A stretch of DNA of 64,000 bases from assembly GCF_027352905.1 (NCBI RefSeq), contig NZ_DAIEIF010000037.1, forward strand, positions 23,754 through 87,753, read 5' to 3'. Position 1 is the stretch's first letter. Each line of letters opens with the position of its first letter. Shown here in pieces: positions 1-8,742 of this stretch. Source of the DNA: Acidocella sp. Lineage in GTDB: Bacteria > Pseudomonadota > Alphaproteobacteria > Acetobacterales > Acetobacteraceae. The position numbers were made by a program, and so were the translations under genes. The notes under the pieces were generated by a model, which was not told where the DNA came from, ran no database searches, and worked only from the letters and a program-made list of their open reading frames with translations.

Positions 1-1364
1 TGGCCGAGCAGCGCGCCCGCGCCCGCGCCGCCTGGTCCGGGTCCGGTGAGGCGGCGACCGAAGCCATCTGGTTCGAGCTGAATGAACGTCTGGGCACCAG
101 CGAATTTCTCGGCTATTCCACGGAGACCGCCCAGGGCAGCATCACCGCCCTGGTGGTGGACGGCCAGCCCAGCGATGAGGCGCTGCCCGAACAAAGCGTC
201 AATGTCATTCTCAATCAAACCCCGTTCTATGCCGAGAGCGGCGGCCAGGTGGGGGATACCGGTTTCATCATCGGGCCGGATGATCTGCGTATCCGCATCG
301 ATGATACCCAGAAGAAGGCGGGCGGCCTCATCGTCCATATCGGCCAAATCGAGGCCGGGACCGCGCGCGTCGGCCTGCCGGTAACGGCGCGGGTGGATCA
401 CGTGCGGCGCGGCCGCATCCGCGCCCATCATAGCGCCACCCACCTGTTGCATGAGGCGCTGCGCCGCACCCTCGGGCCGCATGTCACGCAAAAGGGCTCG
501 CTCAACGCTCCGGACCGGCTGCGTTTCGACATTTCCCAGCCCCGCCCGATCACCCCGGATGAATTGACCCAGGTCGAGCGCGAGGTGAACGCGCATATCC
601 GCGAGAATGCGGAGGTGACCACCAGGCTGATGACTCCGGAGGAGGCCGTGCGGCTCGGCGCTATGGCGCTGTTCGGGGAAAAATATGGGGATGAGGTACG
701 GGTCGTTTCCATGGGCGGCGGCGATGAGCGGAAATCCGCCTGGTCGATCGAGCTTTGCGGCGGCACCCATGTGACGCGCACCGGTGATATCGGGCTGTTC
801 CGCATCGTCTCGGAGGGGGCGGTCTCCGCCGGGATTCGCCGCATCGAGGCCGTGGCGGGCGAGGCCGCGATCTTGGAGATGGAGGAGGAAGCCCGGCTGC
901 TGGCCGAGGCGGCGGCCACCGTCAAGGCGCCGCCGGCCGAACTCCCGGCGCGGATCAACCAGTTGCAGGAAGATAAAAAGCGGCTCGAACGCCAGATGGC
1001 GGAATTGCAGAAGAAACTGGTTCTCGCCACGGCGGCGGAGGCCGAGGATGTGGGAGGCGTCCGCGCGATCCTGCGCAATGTCGGCGACATCGCCGCGAAG
1101 GAGCTCCGTCCAATCGCCACGGATTTGTTGAAGCGCTCGGGCGCGGGGGTGGTGGCGCTCGTCTCCACCGCCGAGCAAAAAACCGCCATCATCGTCGCGG
1201 TGGCGGAGGCGCTGCCCCTTAACGCGGTGGAGCTGGCGCGGGCGGCGGCGGCGGCGGGCGGCCAGGGTGGCGGCGGCAATAAATCCGTGGCTCAGGCCGG
1301 GGCGCCCAGCGCCGCCCAAGCCAATGCCGCGCTTGCCGCCATCAGGACGCATCTCGCCAGCTGA
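1..1364 (+). CDS. alaS: Alanyl-tRNA synthetase, C-terminal part (5' end outside the window)
   Basis: Frame is open from the window edge ([20 protein letters not shown]...). Motifs [15 protein letters not shown], editing-site HSATHLLH and [16 protein letters not shown], and a C-Ala GGQGGG tail. Confidence 0.98.
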   Translation, partial: AEQRARARAAWSGSGEAATEAIWFELNERLGTSEFLGYSTETAQGSITALVVDGQPSDEALPEQSVNVILNQTPFYAESGGQVGDTGFIIGPDDLRIRIDDTQKKAGGLIVHIGQIEAGTARVGLPVTARVDHVRRGRIRAHHSATHLLHEALRRTLGPHVTQKGSLNAPDRLRFDISQPRPITPDELTQVEREVNAHIRENAEVTTRLMTPEEAVRLGAMALFGEKYGDEVRVVSMGGGDERKSAWSIELCGGTHVTRTGDIGLFRIVSEGAVSAGIRRIEAVAGEAAILEMEEEARLLAEAAATVKAPPAELPARINQLQEDKKRLERQMAELQKKLVLATAAEAEDVGGVRAILRNVGDIAAKELRPIATDLLKRSGAGVVALVSTAEQKTAIIVAVAEALPLNAVELARAAAAAGGQGGGGNKSVAQAGAPSAAQANAALAAIRTHLAS

Positions 1365-1376
1365 AACCGCCTGGGC

Positions 1377-2705
1377 TCAGCTGGGCCACCAGAAGCGCAG
1401 GAACACCCCGCGCAGATAAAACAGATTGGCCAGCGGCATGAGGCCATAAAGTAGCCAGCGCGAGAGCCAGGGCAAGGCGAACCGCCGGTTCCAACCCGGC
1501 CCGGCCCAGGAGGCGGCGGGGGTGAGACAGAGGAGCAAGGGGATAAAGTAGCGCCCGAGCAGCCCCTCGATATTCGTTTGTCCCACCTCGTCCCAGGTGA
1601 GATAGGTGGATAGCGCGACCCCCGCCCCGGCCGCTCCCACCGCCAAGCCCAAGAGGGCGAGCCGCCACTCCCAGCGCCGCGGCAGGCTCGCGACGTAGAG
1701 GCTTGCCGCCAACAACCCCGTTCCCAGCACCAAGGCATAAACCCAGCGCGGCAGGGTCGCCTCGATCCAGCCGACAGTGCCGACCGCGCCGGCCATCAGG
1801 CTCGGCCCGCCCTTTATAAAGGTCGCCGCGAATAGGCGGGGGATCAGCCCAGGATGAAGAAACAGGTAGTGCAGTTGGCGGCTAGGCGAAACATCGCCAT
1901 GCCGCACGGGGGTCACCAGCGGGCGCAGGCCGAAGACGCACCAGGCGAGCACCGTGGCCAAGCCCAGCAGCACAAGGAGAGCGGCAAACCGGCGGCGCGG
2001 CCGCGCCGCCAAAATCAGCGGCAAGGCGAGCAAGGGCCAGTATGGGGGCTTGGCGCTTACAAACACGGCCAGCAATGCCGTCGCGCCGCTCAATTCCCGC
2101 TGCCGCTGTTCCCGCGTAAGCAAGGCGCCGGCCAGCGCCGCGCACATGATGAACGGTCCATCCTGAGACAGAGACCCATAGAGACCCGTCACCTCGGGCA
2201 GGCTCAAACAAAACAGCAGCCAAGGCCGGGCGGAGGGGGCGCAAATCCGCAGGGCGAACGCCGAGAGGGCGACGCAGATCAATCCGGAAGCGAGCCGGGC
2301 GATATAAAACGCTTGCAGCACGCGCAGGTGCAACTGCCGGGTGAAAGTGAGGGTCAGAGCGGCGGGCAGGTAAAATTGCGGTGGGTAAATCACCGTATTG
2401 GGAAAATTGGCCGCCACCACCTCGTCGCGCCATCTCTTCTGAAAGCTGAACCGCAAATGCTGCAATGTCGCACGGGCGGCGGGGTCGAAACGCAAAGCGT
2501 CGAAACCGTACCCGAAATTCACCACCGGTTCGGCCAGCATGCCGCCCGCCTCGCCATGTGGGAGACGCTCTCCTATCAACCCGCCTTGGGAAATCTGCAC
2601 GGCGCGGAAGAAATGATTCGTCTCATCCGCGATCATGAAGGGCGGGTTGAGCAAAGCCGCCAGAATGACAAAAAAAGCAGCGAGGCGGAAATACGTCCTA
2701 GCCAT
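1377..2705 (-). CDS. DUF2142-like polytopic membrane protein, putative GT-C glycosyltransferase
   Basis: 442 aa with many TM segments. First-loop motif PPFMIADETNHFFRA (PxxxxxDExxH), YPPQFYLP and late GRYFIPL. GGAGG RBS upstream of the ATG. Confidence 0.75.
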   Translation of the reverse strand: MARTYFRLAAFFVILAALLNPPFMIADETNHFFRAVQISQGGLIGERLPHGEAGGMLAEPVVNFGYGFDALRFDPAARATLQHLRFSFQKRWRDEVVAANFPNTVIYPPQFYLPAALTLTFTRQLHLRVLQAFYIARLASGLICVALSAFALRICAPSARPWLLFCLSLPEVTGLYGSLSQDGPFIMCAALAGALLTREQRQRELSGATALLAVFVSAKPPYWPLLALPLILAARPRRRFAALLVLLGLATVLAWCVFGLRPLVTPVRHGDVSPSRQLHYLFLHPGLIPRLFAATFIKGGPSLMAGAVGTVGWIEATLPRWVYALVLGTGLLAASLYVASLPRRWEWRLALLGLAVGAAGAGVALSTYLTWDEVGQTNIEGLLGRYFIPLLLCLTPAASWAGPGWNRRFALPWLSRWLLYGLMPLANLFYLRGVFLRFWWPS

Positions 2706-2756
2706 ACGCCGCCTCCATTCACAACCTTATATAATATAACGGAGGAAAAATGACAA

Positions 2757-4019
2757 TTAAAAGTTGTAAAATGCGCTGCGGTCCGGCGGGGGTAGAGTCA
2801 TAACCCAGCCAGCGGGCCAAACGTGGAGAACCATTTGCGGGTTGTGCCGCCACTGCGCGATCTGCCCGGCCCAATCCGGGCCCTCCGCGAACAGCTCTGT
2901 CCCGGCGCGGAAATCCCGCAGGGCGGTGAAAATCCCCAGGCAGAGCGCGGCCACGCAGAAGGCCCGCCGCAGGCCGGAGGCGGCGCAGGCCCCGCCGGTA
3001 AGGATGAGCCCCGTGAGCACCATCGGGGCGAAGGCATAACGCTGACCGCCAATTACATCCATTAAATGGATAAAACCGCCTCCGATCGCTTTGTCGAAAG
3101 AGATGAAGGAGAATAAAATTTGCGCCCCCAGCAGGAGCGACAAAGCAGGGGCATGACGCCGGCAGCCAGTGATGATCCAGATCAGTGCCGCGTAAAAAAG
3201 AAAGACGATCAGCAGGCCGGGCCAGAGAAAGCCATGCCCGGCATATTGGCGCAGCATCCAGCCGCTCAACAACAGGGCGGCGCGGAAACCCGCGAATTCC
3301 AGCGTGACGACATGCAGGCTGACCGCCGCGCACAGCTCCGGCAGGCTCAGATTTCCGTCCCGCAAAGGCTGAGGGTAGGCGAAGAACAGCGCCGCCTGAA
3401 TACAGAATCCGGCGAAAACGATGCTTCCCAGGGCAATATCAGCCTTTCCCCGGGTCACGGCGGCACGCAGCAAGAAGAGGGGCATGAGAAAGGTGGTGGC
3501 GGGGCCAGACAGGCTGGCCAGCCCCAGCACCACTGCGTCAAAGAGGAGCAGGCGGCCCCGCCGGGCCGGAGCGGCTAGAATTAGCGCGGCGGCCAGTGCT
3601 AGATGAAACTGACTGGTGATGGTGTTGAGCCAGACCTCCCCGGTGACGGGCGGAAGGGCGCAAAGCGCCACCGCCACCAGGCAACCCAGCCAGGAGCGCC
3701 GCCAGGGAAAATCATGGGTTAGGATGATGCCGGGCGGGAGAGCCTGCACGCAAAGGGCGATCAAACCGGTGACCAGCGGCGCGTGGGCGATGCCGCCCAG
3801 CCGCAGCGCCAACCACGTGCCAAGCGCCGGCACCAAATTGATATAATCCGGCAATACCGCGAACCAGGCCCGCCACCAGGGCAGGTTCATGGCGTTACGG
3901 AAATAAAAAACCCCCTCTTCCGCCCAGAACCGTCCGCCTTGCTCCGCGATATGGGGCAGCCGGGCCAGCACCAGCCCGGCAAAGCCCGCCAGCAGGGCCA
4001 GCCGGTAAAATCCCGGCAA
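2757..4019 (-). CDS. Polytopic membrane protein, GtrC/GtrV-like GT-C glucosyltransferase candidate
   Basis: Hydrophobic ~420 aa with RFWAEEG acidic motif after the first TM, plus YINLVP and GQRY. The ORF-track start (TTG 4061) lies across the fusA terminator, so TTG 4019 is a more plausible start. Confidence 0.65.
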   Translation of the reverse strand: MPGFYRLALLAGFAGLVLARLPHIAEQGGRFWAEEGVFYFRNAMNLPWWRAWFAVLPDYINLVPALGTWLALRLGGIAHAPLVTGLIALCVQALPPGIILTHDFPWRRSWLGCLVAVALCALPPVTGEVWLNTITSQFHLALAAALILAAPARRGRLLLFDAVVLGLASLSGPATTFLMPLFLLRAAVTRGKADIALGSIVFAGFCIQAALFFAYPQPLRDGNLSLPELCAAVSLHVVTLEFAGFRAALLLSGWMLRQYAGHGFLWPGLLIVFLFYAALIWIITGCRRHAPALSLLLGAQILFSFISFDKAIGGGFIHLMDVIGGQRYAFAPMVLTGLILTGGACAASGLRRAFCVAALCLGIFTALRDFRAGTELFAEGPDWAGQIAQWRHNPQMVLHVWPAGWVMTLPPPDRSAFYNF

Positions 4020-4046
4020 AGAAAACGGCGCCTCGCGGCGCCGTTT
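4014..4046 (-). terminator. Rho-independent terminator of fusA
   Basis: Perfect 10-bp stem AAACGGCGCC(4023-4032)/GGCGCCGTTT(4037-4046) with 4-nt loop; the minus strand reads ...GGCGCCGTTTTCTTT. Confidence 0.85.
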
Positions 4047-4064
4047 GATGAGAGACGCCAAGCC

Positions 4065-6146
4065 TTACGCGCTCTTGGCCATGATCTCGTCCGCCACGTT
4101 GCGCGGCACCGGATCGTAATGGTGGAACTGCATGGTGAAGCTGGCGCGGCCCTTGGTCATCGAGCGCAGCTGGGAAATATAGCCGAACATCTCCTTCAGC
4201 GGCACATGCGCGCGCACGATGACGGTGGAACCGGAACTCTCCTGGTTCTGGATCATGCCGCGGCGGCGGTTGAGGTCGCCCACCACGTCACCCACATGGT
4301 CGTTGGGCGTCGTCACCTCCACATCCATGATCGGCTCCAGGATCACCGGACCAGCCTTTTTCATTCCCTCGCGGAAGCAGGCCTTGGCAGCGATTTCGAA
4401 GGCCAGCGCGGAAGAGTCGACATCGTGATACTTACCATCGATCAGGGTGAATTTGAAATCCACGGTCGGGAACCCGGCAAGCACCCCGGTATCCGCCTGG
4501 TTGCGGATGCCCTTTTCCACCGCCGGGATATATTCCCGCGGCACCGCGCCGCCGACCACCTGATTCTCGAACAATATGCCAGAATTACGCTCTAGCGGCT
4601 CGAAAGTGATCCTGACCTCGGCATACTGGCCGGAACCGCCCGATTGCTTTTTGTGGGTATAGGTCTCGGTGTGGGTCTTGCTGATGGTCTCGCGGAAGGC
4701 CACCTGCGGCGCGCCGATATTCGCGTCCACGCCATATTCACGCTTCAGCCGGTCCACGATGATTTCCAGATGCAATTCGCCCATGCCGGAGAGAATGGTC
4801 TGGCCGGTTTCCTGGTCGGTGCGCAGGCGCAGGGAAGGATCCTCGGCCGCCAGCTTCTGCAGGCCGATCGTCATTTTCTCCACGCCTTCCTTGGTCTTGG
4901 GCTCGACGGAGATGTCGATGACCGGCACAGGAAAAGCCATGCGCTCCAGCACCACCGGATCCTCGGCGGCGGCGAGCGTATCGCCCGTGCCGGTATCCTT
5001 GAGGCCGACGAAGGCGACGATATCGCCCGCCGAAACCTCCTGGATTTCCACGCGCTTATCCGCATGCATCTGGTACATGCGGCCAATCCGCTCCTTATGG
5101 CCCTTGGTGGTGTTCAGCACCGTATCGCCGGATTTGAGCGTGCCCGCATAGACTCGCACGAAGGTCAGCGAACCGTATTTGTCGTTGATGATCTTGAAGG
5201 CGAGGCCGGCGAAGGGCGCTTTGGGGTCGGCCTTGATCCGCCGCGCGTTCGGGTCCTCCTCCTGCCCCTCCTCCGGGGCAACCTTGATGCCAGGCACGTC
5301 CACCGGGCTCGGCAGGTAGTCCAGCACCGCGTCCAGCAGAGGTTGCACACCTTTGTTTTTGAAGGCGGTGCCGCACAGAACGGGGCGGAAGGCGCCGGTG
5401 ATGGTGCCGGTTTTGATGGCGCGCTTCAGCGTCTCGACCGAGACATCGCCCTTGTCGAAATACTCCTCCATGCCCGCGTCATCGACGGAGAGGGCGGTAT
5501 CCAGCAGGGTCTGGCGAGCCTCCTTGGCCTTCTCCAGCATATCGGCCGGAATAGGCTCGTCATGAAATTTGGCGCCCAGTTCGCCGCCTTCCCAAATGAT
5601 CGCCTTCATCTCGACGAGATCCACGACGCCCAGGAAGCCGTCCTCGATGCCGATGGGCAATTGCAGCGGCAGCGCGACGATATCCAGCTTCTCCTTCAGC
5701 GTGTCGAAGGCGCGGTAGAAATCGGCGCCGGTGCGGTCCAGCTTGTTGATGAAGATGATGCGCGGCACGTTGTAACGGTCGGCCAGACGCCAATTGGTCT
5801 CGGATTGCGGCTGTACCCCCGCCACGCCCTCGATGATGAAAATCGCGCCGTCGAGCACACGCAGGGAACGGTTGACCTCGATGTTGAAATCGATATGGCC
5901 GGGCGTGTCGATGATATTGATGCGGTGGTCCTTCCACTCGCAGGTCACGGCCGCGGAGGTGATGGTGATGCCGCGCTCACGCTCCTGCTCCATATAATCG
6001 GTGGTGGTGTTGCCGTCATGCACCTCGCCGATCTTGTGGGAGACGCCGGTGTAGTAAAGGATACGCTCCGTGGTGGTGGTTTTCCCCGCGTCGATATGCG
6101 CGGTGATCCCGATATTCCGGATCTTGCTAAGGTCGGTGGTCGCCAT
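4065..6146 (-). CDS. fusA: Elongation factor G
   Basis: [72 protein letters not shown] 6146 has GGAGG upstream. Confidence 0.97.
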   Translation of the reverse strand: MATTDLSKIRNIGITAHIDAGKTTTTERILYYTGVSHKIGEVHDGNTTTDYMEQERERGITITSAAVTCEWKDHRINIIDTPGHIDFNIEVNRSLRVLDGAIFIIEGVAGVQPQSETNWRLADRYNVPRIIFINKLDRTGADFYRAFDTLKEKLDIVALPLQLPIGIEDGFLGVVDLVEMKAIIWEGGELGAKFHDEPIPADMLEKAKEARQTLLDTALSVDDAGMEEYFDKGDVSVETLKRAIKTGTITGAFRPVLCGTAFKNKGVQPLLDAVLDYLPSPVDVPGIKVAPEEGQEEDPNARRIKADPKAPFAGLAFKIINDKYGSLTFVRVYAGTLKSGDTVLNTTKGHKERIGRMYQMHADKRVEIQEVSAGDIVAFVGLKDTGTGDTLAAAEDPVVLERMAFPVPVIDISVEPKTKEGVEKMTIGLQKLAAEDPSLRLRTDQETGQTILSGMGELHLEIIVDRLKREYGVDANIGAPQVAFRETISKTHTETYTHKKQSGGSGQYAEVRITFEPLERNSGILFENQVVGGAVPREYIPAVEKGIRNQADTGVLAGFPTVDFKFTLIDGKYHDVDSSALAFEIAAKACFREGMKKAGPVILEPIMDVEVTTPNDHVGDVVGDLNRRRGMIQNQESSGSTVIVRAHVPLKEMFGYISQLRSMTKGRASFTMQFHHYDPVPRNVADEIMAKSA

Positions 6147-6352
6147 CAATGCCTCCACGGGCGTCTAAAAATAAAGGTCAAACAGATATGGCGCCGCCCT
6201 GGGGTCAGGCCGCGCTGTCCGCCCGGCTTTTGGGCCAGAGCGCGGCATTTGGCAACCCCTTCTCTCGGGCGGCTGGCTCTGCCCCGAGGGGTAAATGATT
6301 GATCTCAAGCGCGCCGGATATAATATCGGCGGGGCAGGAAGGTATTCTACGC

Positions 6353-7024
6353 ATGGTGATTGTCTCCCCCTTCGCCCGGATCTACCGGATCCTCCGCGCC
6401 CGGCCTTTTTTCACCTTTGGCTACTCGCTCGGGCTGATCAGCTACGGCGCGCTCACCCCGGTCCATTCCATCGCCATCCGCGCGGTGTTGGCCTGGGACA
6501 TCGGCAGTTTCTTCTATCTGGCCCTTACGGCAGTCATGTTTCTGCGCGACCTCAACCGGGACATTAGCCGCGACGCCAAAGCCCACCAGGAGGGCGAGGA
6601 ATCGATGTTCACCCTCACCCTGCTCGCCGCCATCATGAGCTTCGCCTCGCTTTTCCTGTTTTCTCAGGCAGCGGAGCGCAAGAGCCATGAGGGCGCGTTT
6701 CTCGCCTTCGTCATCATCACCCTCGCCCTTTCCTGGCTGGTGACGCACATCACCTTCGCCTTCCGCTATGCGCATGAATATTATTCCCGCGACCTCGGCG
6801 GGCCGGAGATCGACCGGGGGATTGATTTTCCCAATGATGACAAGCCGGATTACCTCGATTTCGTCTATTTCGCCTTCGTGCTCGGCATGACGTTCCAAGT
6901 CTCGGATTGCGATATCACCGCCAAGAAAATCCGCCGGCTGGCGACGCTGCAAGGGCTGATCGGCTTTCTGTTCAGCACCGTCATCGTGGCCCTTTCCGTC
7001 AACACGGCGGCCTCCTTGATGTAG
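6353..7024 (+). CDS. DUF1345-family membrane protein
   Basis: TM segments and IDFP..DKPDYLDFVYFAFVLGMTFQVSD signature. TATAAT at 6319-6324 and GGAAGG favour ATG 6353 over 6299. Confidence 0.85.
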   Translation: MVIVSPFARIYRILRARPFFTFGYSLGLISYGALTPVHSIAIRAVLAWDIGSFFYLALTAVMFLRDLNRDISRDAKAHQEGEESMFTLTLLAAIMSFASLFLFSQAAERKSHEGAFLAFVIITLALSWLVTHITFAFRYAHEYYSRDLGGPEIDRGIDFPNDDKPDYLDFVYFAFVLGMTFQVSDCDITAKKIRRLATLQGLIGFLFSTVIVALSVNTAASLM

Positions 7025-7097
7025 AGGCCGGCATGGCGCGGTTGCGGCAACACCGCTTGCCTATGGCGGAGAGGGGCGCGATGCTGGCGAACCCCCC

Positions 7098-7427
7098 TTG
7101 GAGTCGCCTCATTTGAACCGACTGCCCATCGCGTTTCTCGCCAGCCTCGCCGCGTTTCCCGCCTTGGCGCGGCCAGACCCGACACCGCCGCCCTCGGGCA
7201 TCGTCGTGCATTTGTTCGGGCCGGATGCCGGGGTGGCGAAACCCTCACCCTCGGCGCCATCCGCGCCAAATGCCGCCGCGCCCCAAGGCCCGGCCGCTTC
7301 CGCCCCCCAGGCCAGTCCGGCAACGCCGGAGCCCAGCATAGGGGATATTCTTCATGAGATGTTCGTCACCGGCGACCCGGCGCAGGAAGCGAAACCCCGC
7401 TTCGCGCCCGGGCGGGCCGGCGACTAA
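7098..7427 (+). CDS. Small Pro/Ala-rich exported hypothetical protein
   Basis: Signal-like LPIAFLASLAAFPALA, ordered segments SGIVVHLFG and IGDILHEMFVTGDP around a Pro-rich linker. Fills the gap between genes. Start uncertain (TTG 7098 or 7113). Confidence 0.6.
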   Translation: MESPHLNRLPIAFLASLAAFPALARPDPTPPPSGIVVHLFGPDAGVAKPSPSAPSAPNAAAPQGPAASAPQASPATPEPSIGDILHEMFVTGDPAQEAKPRFAPGRAGD

Positions 7428-7439
7428 CCAAGCCTTAAA

Positions 7440-7862
7440 TCAGTCCCGGGCGCGCAGCGCGTCGGCCTGCGCCTCGATATGCTTGGCGAAATCATCCAGC
7501 CGCCAGGCCTCGATATCGTAAAACGTCACATAACCGCGATGCTTCACGTCGATCTCGTCGAAATGGTCCATGACCGGCTTGAAATTGGCGGCCTTGGCCT
7601 GGGCCAAGGTAAGATGTCCGTCATGGCTGGTATTGGCGGCGTAGAAATCGATGAGCATCTGATCGGGACCAAACATGCCCTTATGATGCCAGCCCTTGCC
7701 AGCCGGCGTCATCATCGGGCCGGAGTCCATCATGCCGCCATCCATCATCCCCGGCGGCGCGGGCGGCGGGGCGGACCCGTTATCACTGTCATTATCGGTG
7801 GCCTGGGCCAAAGCCAGACCAGGGGCGAAAGCCAGAACCGAGGCTAATACGAGACGGCGCAT
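7440..7862 (-). CDS. Exported protein with two degenerate EF-hand-like loops
   Basis: Signal peptide MRRLVLASVLAFAPGLALA; loops ANTSHDGHLTLAQ and IDVKHRGYVTFYD. Confidence 0.7.
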   Translation of the reverse strand: MRRLVLASVLAFAPGLALAQATDNDSDNGSAPPPAPPGMMDGGMMDSGPMMTPAGKGWHHKGMFGPDQMLIDFYAANTSHDGHLTLAQAKAANFKPVMDHFDEIDVKHRGYVTFYDIEAWRLDDFAKHIEAQADALRARD

Positions 7863-7936
7863 TTCACATCACTCCATTAGGTTGGGAGAGGCTTAAATGC
7901 GGCGCGCTTGTAACGCCATGATCTTCCGCAAGTAAC

Positions 7937-7966
7937 AAAATAAAAACGGCGCCCGGAAGGGCGCCG
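7937..7966 (-). terminator. Rho-independent terminator of rpsD
   Basis: Stem CGGCGCCC(7947-7954)/GGGCGCCG(7959-7966), 4-nt loop, followed on the minus strand by TTTTTATTTT. Confidence 0.9.
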
Positions 7967-7988
7967 CCAATGGGAGAAAGCGGAAAGC

Positions 7989-8603
7989 TCAGCGCGAGTA
8001 GAACTCGACCACCAGATGCGGTTCCATCTGCACCGGAAACGGCACATCCGCCAGCTTGGGCGCGCGCAGGAAACGGCCCTTCATGGCGCGGTGATCCACC
8101 TCGATATATTCGGGCACGTCGCGCTCACCGCTCTGGGCCGCGTCCAGCACCACCGCGAGCTGCTTGGATTTCTCCCGCACCTCGACGACATCCTCGTCCT
8201 TCACCAGATAAGACGGGATATCGACCTTCTGGCCGTTGATCATAACATGGCCGTGGGAGACAAGCTGGCGCGCGGCGAACGGGGTCACCGCGAATTTCAT
8301 CCGGTAGACCACCGCATCCAGCCGGCGCTCGAGCAGCTCAATCAGGTTTTCCGAGGTATCGCCCTTGCGGCGCACAGCTTCCTCGTAATAGCGATGAAAG
8401 GATTTTTCCGAGATATTGCCGTAATAGCCCTTCAGCTTTTGCTTGGCCATCAGCTGGACGCCGTAATCTGAAGGCTTTTTGCGGCGCTGGCCATGCTGGC
8501 CGGGGCCGTATTCCCGCTTGTTCACCGGGGATTTGGCCCGGCCCCATAAATTGACGCCCAGACGGCGGTTGATCTTATACTTGCTCTCGGTGCGCTTGGT
8601 CAT
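7989..8603 (-). CDS. rpsD: 30S ribosomal protein S4
   Basis: [71 protein letters not shown]. True start at 8603. Confidence 0.98.
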   Translation of the reverse strand: MTKRTESKYKINRRLGVNLWGRAKSPVNKREYGPGQHGQRRKKPSDYGVQLMAKQKLKGYYGNISEKSFHRYYEEAVRRKGDTSENLIELLERRLDAVVYRMKFAVTPFAARQLVSHGHVMINGQKVDIPSYLVKDEDVVEVREKSKQLAVVLDAAQSGERDVPEYIEVDHRAMKGRFLRAPKLADVPFPVQMEPHLVVEFYSR

Positions 8604-8713
8604 GGCGCATAACCTTTCTTGTTGGAATGACGCCAGTAGTCCTCCCACCGCTTTCGCGGCGAAAAGCGGGCGCGGGCGACCACCGCCCGTCCACGTTCCC
8701 GGCAATGAAGCCG

Positions 8714-8742
8714 CGTTTAAAGTTTCGGGCGGGGCGCGTCAA
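8714..8742 (-). promoter_or_regulatory. Sigma70-type promoter of rpsD
   Basis: Minus strand TTGACG(8742-8737)-N17-TAAACG(8719-8714). Confidence 0.7.

Noticed and set aside
1242-1256. (GCG)5 microsatellite as a contingency locus
   Set aside because: In-frame poly-Ala in the AlaS C-terminal region; short and common at high GC.
1854-2753. 299-aa plus-strand ORF
   Set aside because: Antisense shadow of the DUF2142-like gene; no motifs. Long stop-free antisense frames are expected at this GC content.
4644-6302. 552-aa plus-strand ORF
   Set aside because: In-register antisense shadow of fusA.
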